DNA from: Planctomycetota bacterium
Lineage (GTDB): Bacteria > Planctomycetota > UBA8108 > UBA1146
Reading direction: 5' to 3'
NCBI GenBank assembly: GCA_036338595.1
Contig: JAYZBV010000113.1
Location: 1-64,000 of the forward strand
DNA length: 64,000 nt
Shown here in pieces: positions 58,064 to 64,000 of this stretch (positions within the stretch are counted from its first letter, which is position 1; every line of letters starts with the position of its first letter). The position numbers were made by a program, and so were the translations under genes. The notes under the pieces are model-generated. The model did no database searches and was not told the origin of the DNA. It saw nothing but the letters and a program-made list of their open reading frames with translations.

Positions 58064-58849
58064 TTGATCCATCCAACCGCCCATATTGATCCAACTGCCG
58101 AGATCGGACCCGATGTGACCATCGGCCCTGGAGTTTTCATCGGGCCTCAGGTGACGATTGGAACTGGCTGCGTATTCCATCACCATTCTTCCGTGGTCTG
58201 CAACACACGGATCGGTGATCGTTGCGTGGTCCATCCTGGAGCAGTACTTGGCGGCGATCCACAGGACAAGAAGTGGAAGGGTGAGGAAACCTGGGCCGAG
58301 ATCGGATCTGACAACCTGTTCCGTGAGCACTGCACGATCAACAGGGGTACCGCCCAGGGTGGAGGAGTCACCAGACTGGGAAACGGCTGCTTGATTCTGG
58401 CCAGTTCACACGTCGCTCACGATTGCATCGTTGGCAATGAAATCATCATGGCGAATGGAGTGCTGCTCGGGGGGCATGTGGTTGTCGAGGATCAGGCTGG
58501 CTTCGGCGGATTGGCTGCTGTTCATCACTACGCCACCGTTGGCAGGTTGGCGTTCATCGGCGGCATGACCAGAGTCACAACCGATGCACCTCCCTATCTG
58601 ATCACGGAGGGCAACCCTTCCAGGGTCCGGGCCATCAACTCGGTGGGCATGAAAAGAGCCGGGATCAGCGAGGAAGTGTGTGCCTGGCTCAAGGAAGCTC
58701 AGCGGCTCCTGTACAACAACAACATGATTCGGAGAGAGGCGTTCGAATTGCTCGAACGTCGTGGGCACGTCCCCGAGGAGGGAATCCACCTCAGGTCGTT
58801 CCTGCGGTCCACAGAAGGTGGTCGCCAGGGCCGTGCTCGTCAACCGTAG
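58064..58849 (+). CDS. lpxA: Acyl-ACP--UDP-GlcNAc O-acyltransferase
   Basis: IHPTAHID, GGDPQD, REHCTINRGT, SHVAHDC, GHV.V, HHYATVG. Confidence 0.96.
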   Translation: MIHPTAHIDPTAEIGPDVTIGPGVFIGPQVTIGTGCVFHHHSSVVCNTRIGDRCVVHPGAVLGGDPQDKKWKGEETWAEIGSDNLFREHCTINRGTAQGGGVTRLGNGCLILASSHVAHDCIVGNEIIMANGVLLGGHVVVEDQAGFGGLAAVHHYATVGRLAFIGGMTRVTTDAPPYLITEGNPSRVRAINSVGMKRAGISEEVCAWLKEAQRLLYNNNMIRREAFELLERRGHVPEEGIHLRSFLRSTEGGRQGRARQP

Positions 58850-58853
58850 GAGG

Positions 58854-59867
58854 ATGGGCCGTATGCGTGTTGCAGTTGTTGGAGTCGGGCATCTCGGCAG
58901 TGCTCATGCAAGGATCTGGAACGAAATTCCGGATGCTGACCTTGTCGGAGTCGTTGATATCGATGGCGAAAGGGCGAATGAAATCGCCCAACTTCACGGG
59001 TGCGGATCTTTTTCGGACATCTCGCAAATCATCGACCAGGTCGATGCAGTCAGCATTGTTACACCAACGCCATTCCATCTCGAAACAGCCAGGCCATTTC
59101 TCGAGGCAGGGATTGCTGTTCTCGTCGAAAAGCCGCTCGCAGCAACCCTCGAAGAGGCAGATCAGATCTGTGATCTTGCCTCGACTTCTGGATCCGTACT
59201 CCAGGTGGGCCACATCGAGCGATTCAATCCTCTGATCAGATCTGCCATCGGCGTGATCGACCAACCACTATTCATCGAATGCGATAGAATCCATCCATTT
59301 ACGCTTCGGTCCACCGAGATCAGCGTCGTTCACGATCTGATGATTCATGACATCGATATCGCCCTTCATCTGATCGATGACGACCTCTCATCCGTGGATG
59401 CACATGGCTGCGCAGTGCTATCGCCGACCGAGGATCTTGCCCACGCCAGACTCAGTTTTTGCAAGGGTGCTACCGCTTTCGTCAAGACCAGCAGGGTCGC
59501 ATTGAATCGATCCAGAAAGATTCGAATCTTTGGCCACAGGCAGTACGTCAGCCTCGATCTGGTTCATCGGGAGGGATTTCGCGTGTCACTGGATGATTCC
59601 TACGATCCGGCCAAATTTCTCGATTCGCTGGGCCGCGTCGAGGCACCCGCAGGTGTGGAAGACTTTCTGTCCCGGCACCTGGATCAGGAACCGTTGACTT
59701 TTGCCGAGGAGGAGCCCCTCCGGGCAGAACTCGATTCCTTCCTCGAGGCCGCCAGAGGGAACTGCGATCCGGCCGTTACCGGTTCTCAGGGGCGCAGGGC
59801 AATGGAGGCGGCCTCCCAGGTCATCGAGAGCCTTCGAGGCCGCGGGCAGGCCCTGGAGAACGCCTGA
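58854..59867 (+). CDS. Gfo/Idh/MocA oxidoreductase, GnnA-like
   Basis: VAVVGVGHLG, LVEKP, QVGHIERFNP, DLMIHDID; immediately after lpxA. Confidence 0.85.
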   Translation: MGRMRVAVVGVGHLGSAHARIWNEIPDADLVGVVDIDGERANEIAQLHGCGSFSDISQIIDQVDAVSIVTPTPFHLETARPFLEAGIAVLVEKPLAATLEEADQICDLASTSGSVLQVGHIERFNPLIRSAIGVIDQPLFIECDRIHPFTLRSTEISVVHDLMIHDIDIALHLIDDDLSSVDAHGCAVLSPTEDLAHARLSFCKGATAFVKTSRVALNRSRKIRIFGHRQYVSLDLVHREGFRVSLDDSYDPAKFLDSLGRVEAPAGVEDFLSRHLDQEPLTFAEEEPLRAELDSFLEAARGNCDPAVTGSQGRRAMEAASQVIESLRGRGQALENA

Positions 59868-60091
59868 GACGAGAGCCTGGGGCTTCTCGAATCGATTGAT
59901 GGTCCCGTGCTGAAACGATACCTTGAGCGACTGTCGAGGTTCTCCCGGTGGGGAGCCGATACTTCTCCATCCGAGTCTCTGATTTCTACCGGACCTGCGC
60001 TGCGGGTCCTCGAATCAGCGGAGTGAAACACGTTTTCCGCGGGATACCTGTCGAGAGGCCCCCTGTGCGGAACAACGAAAGGAAGCCGGAT

Positions 60092-60979
60092 ATGTCCGGA
60101 ATGCAGATCAAGGAACTGATCGAGGCTGGAGTCCATTTCGGCCATCGCTCTAGCCGTTGGCACCCCGCCATGGCTCCATACATTCACCAGAAGCATAACA
60201 AGAACCATGTCATCGACCTGCGTCAAACGGTTCGTGGAATCGTTCGCGCAAAGCACTTCCTCGAGCACATCGTGGAGGCGGGACATGACGTTGTTTTCGT
60301 CGGAACCAAATCCCAGGCTCGGGAGGTGGTCCGGGAACAATCGGGTCGCTGCGGAATGCACTTCTGCGTCCACAGATGGCTGGGCGGAACGCTGACCAAC
60401 TACCAGACGATTCGAAGCCGACTGCGTCGTCTCGAAGAACTCGAGAAGGATCTTGCCGACGAATCGGCCGTACGAACCAAGAAAGAGCTTTCCAGGATGG
60501 AGAGGGAGCGCAGAAAGATATTCCGCAACCTCGAAGGTGTTCGAAACATGACTCGTCTGCCTGGGGCGCTGATTGCTGTGGATATTCGACGCGACGAGAT
60601 CGCCGTCAAGGAAGCTCGGGGATTGAACATTCCCATCATCTCGATAGTGGATACCGATTGTGATCCCAATCTTGTGGATCTCCCGATACCCGGAAATGAC
60701 GATGCATATCGCAGTATCGAGGTGATACTCAGCCAGCTCGCAGATTCGATCATCGCTGGTAAGGATAAGTTGCAAGCACGCCAGCAGGAGGAGGCCGCCA
60801 AGAAGGCCGCCGATGAGGATAGGGTGAAAAAGAAGGAGAAGGAGCGGACGGTGAGCCCGGAGGAGGCTCGGTCCAAACCCTACACACCTCCACAGCCCGC
60901 CCCTGGTGTAGACCAGGCTGAGGAAGCCAAATCCAAACCGAAGATCGTCGTCACTCCCGACAAGAAGAAAGATAGTTAG
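60092..60979 (+). CDS. rpsB: 30S ribosomal protein S2
   Basis: LIEAGVHFGH, FVGTK, RWLGGTLTN, DTDCDP, IPGNDD; ATG 60092 after AAGGAA. Confidence 0.98.
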   Translation: MSGMQIKELIEAGVHFGHRSSRWHPAMAPYIHQKHNKNHVIDLRQTVRGIVRAKHFLEHIVEAGHDVVFVGTKSQAREVVREQSGRCGMHFCVHRWLGGTLTNYQTIRSRLRRLEELEKDLADESAVRTKKELSRMERERRKIFRNLEGVRNMTRLPGALIAVDIRRDEIAVKEARGLNIPIISIVDTDCDPNLVDLPIPGNDDAYRSIEVILSQLADSIIAGKDKLQARQQEEAAKKAADEDRVKKKEKERTVSPEEARSKPYTPPQPAPGVDQAEEAKSKPKIVVTPDKKKDS

Positions 60980-60980
60980 T

Positions 60981-61571
60981 ATGAGTCAGATCAGCGCCAA
61001 GACCGTAGCAGAACTGAGGAAGAAAACCGGAGTCGGCATGATGGAGTGCAAGAAGGCACTCGGCGAAACCGATGGCGATATCGAGGGGGCCGTAGATTTG
61101 CTGCGAATGCGTGGAGCCCGGATGGCTGCGCAGAAGGCGGATCGCGCCACTAGCCAGGGGTGGATCGGGTCGTACATCCACTCCAATGGTCGAATCGGAG
61201 TTGTCGTGGAAGTACTCTGCGAGACTGACTTCGTGGCAAAGAATGAACATTTCCAGGTTCTCATCAAAGATATTGCAATGCACATCGCAGCGATGAATCC
61301 ACTGGCAGTGTCATCCGATCAGCTCGATCAATCCGATGTCGAGCGCGAGAGAGCCGTTTTTGAAGAACAGGTAAAAGACAAGCCCGAGAATATTCAGGGC
61401 AACATTGTCGAGGGTAAGTTGCAGAAGTACTACAGCGAGGTTTGCTTGCTCAATCAGGCCTTCATCAAGGATGACAAGAAGAGTATCGAGCAGGTGATTC
61501 AGGATGCCATCGCGTTGATTGGCGAGAACATCCAGTTGACTCGCTTCCACCGGCTAGAGATCGGCCAGTAG
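60981..61571 (+). CDS. tsf: Elongation factor Ts (short form)
   Basis: ELRKKTGVGMMECKKAL, CETDFVA, HIAAMNP, LLNQAFIKD; 196 aa. Confidence 0.97.
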   Translation: MSQISAKTVAELRKKTGVGMMECKKALGETDGDIEGAVDLLRMRGARMAAQKADRATSQGWIGSYIHSNGRIGVVVEVLCETDFVAKNEHFQVLIKDIAMHIAAMNPLAVSSDQLDQSDVERERAVFEEQVKDKPENIQGNIVEGKLQKYYSEVCLLNQAFIKDDKKSIEQVIQDAIALIGENIQLTRFHRLEIGQ

Positions 61572-61613
61572 GCACCCGCGTTCCATGGCTCGGTCCGGAA
61601 TGGACAGGATTTC

Positions 61614-62342
61614 ATGGCAATAGATGTGGTCAGGCGGGTATTGCTGAAATTGAGTGGTGAGGCGCTCGGCGGTCCCTCAGGCACCGGGCTAGACCACCTG
61701 GCATTGACGGCCATTTCCTCCCAGATCGCCAAAGCCTCAGGATCCGTCGAACTTGCCATCGTTGTCGGAGCGGGCAACATCTGCAGGGGAGCCGACTGGG
61801 ATTCGGAAAGTTTCCACAGGACCGACGCCGATGCCATCGGTATGGCGGCCACCCATGTCAACGCACTGGCTCTCAGTGCCCATCTCGGATTCGCTGGACT
61901 CGATACGATGGTGATGGGCGCTGGTTCCCCGGTTCCCCAGGTCCGCCCCTTCGATTCGGGCCTCGCCAGGGAGGCGCTGGCTGCAGGGACAACCGTGGTA
62001 CTTTCAGGCGGCACCGGAAATCCATTTTTCACCACGGATACCTGTGCTGCACTTCGGGCTGCGGAACTGAACTGTACTGAACTTCTCAAGGGGACAAAGC
62101 ATGACGGCATCTATGATCGAGATCCTGCCGAGCACCCGGATGCTCGAAGACTGGATAGCACAACCTTTGACCACGTCCTGGAGCAGGGGCTCGAGGCGAT
62201 GGATGCCTCCGCATTCGCCCTTTGCCGAGATCAGCAGATTTCGCTTCGTATCTTTGACATGACCCGTGAGAATGCAATCCATGAGGCCCTGCGCGGCGAG
62301 CCCGTGGGGTCCTTGATCAGTCAGAAATCAGCAACATCATAG
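61614..62342 (+). CDS. pyrH: UMP kinase
   Basis: RVLLKLSGEAL, GAGNICRG, GTGNPFFTTD, DGIYDRDP. Confidence 0.96.
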   Translation: MAIDVVRRVLLKLSGEALGGPSGTGLDHLALTAISSQIAKASGSVELAIVVGAGNICRGADWDSESFHRTDADAIGMAATHVNALALSAHLGFAGLDTMVMGAGSPVPQVRPFDSGLAREALAAGTTVVLSGGTGNPFFTTDTCAALRAAELNCTELLKGTKHDGIYDRDPAEHPDARRLDSTTFDHVLEQGLEAMDASAFALCRDQQISLRIFDMTRENAIHEALRGEPVGSLISQKSATS

Positions 62343-62356
62343 CGTGGAGGTTCAAG

Positions 62357-62911
62357 GTGGAGGAAGTCATCATCGATGCCGAGGAGCGCATGACCAAGGC
62401 GCTGGATCATCTCCGTGTGGAGATGAGAAGCATGCGTACCGGCAGGGCACACCCCGGATTGGTCGAGTCAATCAGAGTCGATTACTACGGTACACAAACC
62501 CCATTGAAACAACTGGCCAACATCTCTGTCCCGGAACCCGACCAGATCGTCGTAAAACCATTCGATGCCAGCGCGATTGCAGACATCGAGAAGGGGATCC
62601 TCACTTCGGATCTGGGGATAACGCCACAGAATGATGGGAAGTTGCTCCGTTTGAAGGTTCCTCCCCTGTCGGAAGAGCGGCGCAAACAGCTCGTCTCCAG
62701 GGCGAAAGAGGTCGCGGAGGAGTCCAGGGTATCGATGCGCAACATCCGCAGGGATGCCAACAAGCACATCGATACCTCCAAGAAGGACGGGGATCTCTCT
62801 GAAGATGATCAGGCGAGGTTCAAGGATCAGATCCAGGAAGTCCTCAAATCAGTAGAGAAACAGGTCGATGAGGACCTGAAGCGAAAGACAGAAGAGTTGA
62901 TGGAGATCTGA
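62357..62911 (+). CDS. frr: Ribosome recycling factor
   Basis: RTGRA, VDYYG, PQNDG, PPLSEERRK, RNIRRDAN. Confidence 0.98.
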   Translation: MEEVIIDAEERMTKALDHLRVEMRSMRTGRAHPGLVESIRVDYYGTQTPLKQLANISVPEPDQIVVKPFDASAIADIEKGILTSDLGITPQNDGKLLRLKVPPLSEERRKQLVSRAKEVAEESRVSMRNIRRDANKHIDTSKKDGDLSEDDQARFKDQIQEVLKSVEKQVDEDLKRKTEELMEI

Positions 62912-62929
62912 TCAGAGAGAGGGAAGACA

Positions 62930-62958
62930 TTGACGGACCCAACGTGGGTCGGTACATT
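62930..62958 (+). promoter_or_regulatory. Sigma70 promoter of tRNA-Lys-Glu
   Basis: TTGACG(62930-35)-17 nt-TACATT(62953-58), 12 nt before tRNA-Lys. Confidence 0.75.
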
Positions 62959-62970
62959 TCGTCGCTGCAC

Positions 62971-63043
62971 GGGAGCATAGCTCAGTCGGTAGAGCAACGC
63001 CCTTTTAAGGCGTCGGTCGTTGGTTCGAGCCCAACTGCTCTCA
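62971..63043 (+). tRNA. tRNA-Lys(TTT)
   Basis: GGGAGCA/TGCTCTC acceptor; ACGCC-CT TTT AA-GGCGT; GGTTCGAGCCC; no encoded CCA. Confidence 0.96.
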
Positions 63044-63054
63044 CTTGAAATCGA

Positions 63055-63129
63055 GGCCCCATCGTCTAGTCAGGTCTAGGACATCAGGTTTTCATCCTGA
63101 GAACAGGGGTTCGAATCCCCTTGGGGTCA
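63055..63129 (+). tRNA. tRNA-Glu(TTC)
   Basis: GGCCCCA/TGGGGTC acceptor; TCAGG-TT TTC AT-CCTGA; GGTTCGAATCC; no encoded CCA. Confidence 0.96.
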
Positions 63130-63137
63130 AAAATGGA

Positions 63138-63175
63138 GGGGGTCGATGTTGTCCTGCATCGGCCCCTGTTTCTTT
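63138..63175 (+). terminator. Intrinsic terminator after the tRNA pair
   Basis: GGGGTCGATG...CATCGGCCCC stem followed by TGTTTCTTT. Confidence 0.7.
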
Positions 63176-63365
63176 GCCGGAGCCACCCACGAGGCGAAAA
63201 ATCTGCTTCCCTGGCCGCTTCTATCGCGCTGCCTTCGCCAGGAGACGGTCGGATGCTCCACGGGCCCCAGGAATCAATTCTCGCGGAACCTATCCCTGTG
63301 TACCATCCAGATCCACGGGTCGAGAACCGCGTGGCAATTCGTCCAGTTATGGAGAGGGATATCCA

Positions 63366-64000
63366 ATGGAGCCTTTCGAGGGGTCTGACTTCTACAACCT
63401 GGATGATCTGTTCACGGAGGAGCAGCGCCTCATCCGGGATACGGTCCGTGACTTTGTCGAAGATCAGGTGATCCCCGTGATCGAGGATTGTTTCATGGAG
63501 GATCGCTTTCCAGATCAGGTCATTCCTGCCCTGGGCGAACTGGGCTTGCTCGGTGCCAATCTCCAGGGCTATGAGTGTGCTGGATTGGATAACATCTCCT
63601 ACGGATTGATCATGCAGGAACTCGAAAGAGGTGATAGTGGCTTGCGTTCCTTCGTGAGCGTTCAGGGTGGTCTCGTGATGTATCCCATCCATCGATATGG
63701 AAGTGATGAACAGAAACAGAAGTTCCTCCCCGAACTGGCTGCCGGGCGAATGATTGGTTGTTTCGGCCTGACAGAGCCGGACCACGGCTCCGATCCCAGC
63801 GGCATGATCACCCACGCTGTGCTGGATGGGGATGAGTACATTCTGAACGGCAACAAGATGTGGATTACCAACGGGTGCGTCAGTGACGTTGCCGTTGTCT
63901 GGGCCAAATTGGATGGCCGTATTCGTGGCTTTCTGGTCGAAAAAGGCACGGAGGGTTTTTCGACGACGAAGCAGGGCAAGAAGTTCTCACTGAGGGCATC
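63366..64000 (+). CDS. Glutaryl-CoA dehydrogenase-like acyl-CoA dehydrogenase (3'-truncated; missing from the ORF track)
   Basis: Translated by hand: MEPFEGSDFYNLDDL...YGLIMQELERGDSGLRSFVSVQ..LVMYPI..YGSDEQKQKFLP...IGCFGLTEPDHGSDP...LNGNKMWITNG. Confidence 0.9.
   Translation, partial: MEPFEGSDFYNLDDLFTEEQRLIRDTVRDFVEDQVIPVIEDCFMEDRFPDQVIPALGELGLLGANLQGYECAGLDNISYGLIMQELERGDSGLRSFVSVQGGLVMYPIHRYGSDEQKQKFLPELAAGRMIGCFGLTEPDHGSDPSGMITHAVLDGDEYILNGNKMWITNGCVSDVAVVWAKLDGRIRGFLVEKGTEGFSTTKQGKKFSLRA

Noticed and set aside
34286..63129. tRNA-anchored genomic island
   Set aside because: No integrase or transposase and no duplicated tRNA 3' ends noticed; the flanking genes are housekeeping.

Overview
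A gene-dense, moderately GC-rich bacterial chromosome segment. A Planctomycetota/PVC-type lineage is inferred from the 'FIRGDAN' dockerin-like tails, the HEAT+VWA protein, the FHA-GAF sigma54 activator and the pilin-rich locus. Most of the window is housekeeping: ruvX, rpsO-pnp, dacB, holA, apaH, ktrB/ktrA, an ECF sigma module, mnmH, lpxD, glmU-prs-rplY-pth-rpsF-ssb-rpsR-rplI-dnaB-skp-lpxC/fabZ-lpxA, rpsB-tsf-pyrH-frr, five tRNAs and the start of an acyl-CoA dehydrogenase. Two accessory systems stand out. (1) A ~19 kb translationally coupled type IV filament (T2SS/T4P-like) operon at ~9.1-28.2 kb. It is headed by an FHA-GAF-sigma54 activator and a double-FHA membrane protein, and has five prepilins, including a 1910-aa GspK/PilX-like protein with LamG-like and phage-tail-like repeats. 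No ATPase, platform protein or secretin is in the window. (2) A cobalamin riboswitch, not shown in the ORF track (~29379-29553), directly upstream of two secreted beta-propeller proteins with dockerin-like tails: a candidate new B12-capture system. Smaller signals: a perfect 4x21-bp repeat upstream of tRNA-Ala, an S6 with a ~150-aa acidic repeat tail, DnaA-box-like motifs before dnaB and a GnnA-like gene after lpxA. All calls come from reading motifs by eye; no database searches were run.
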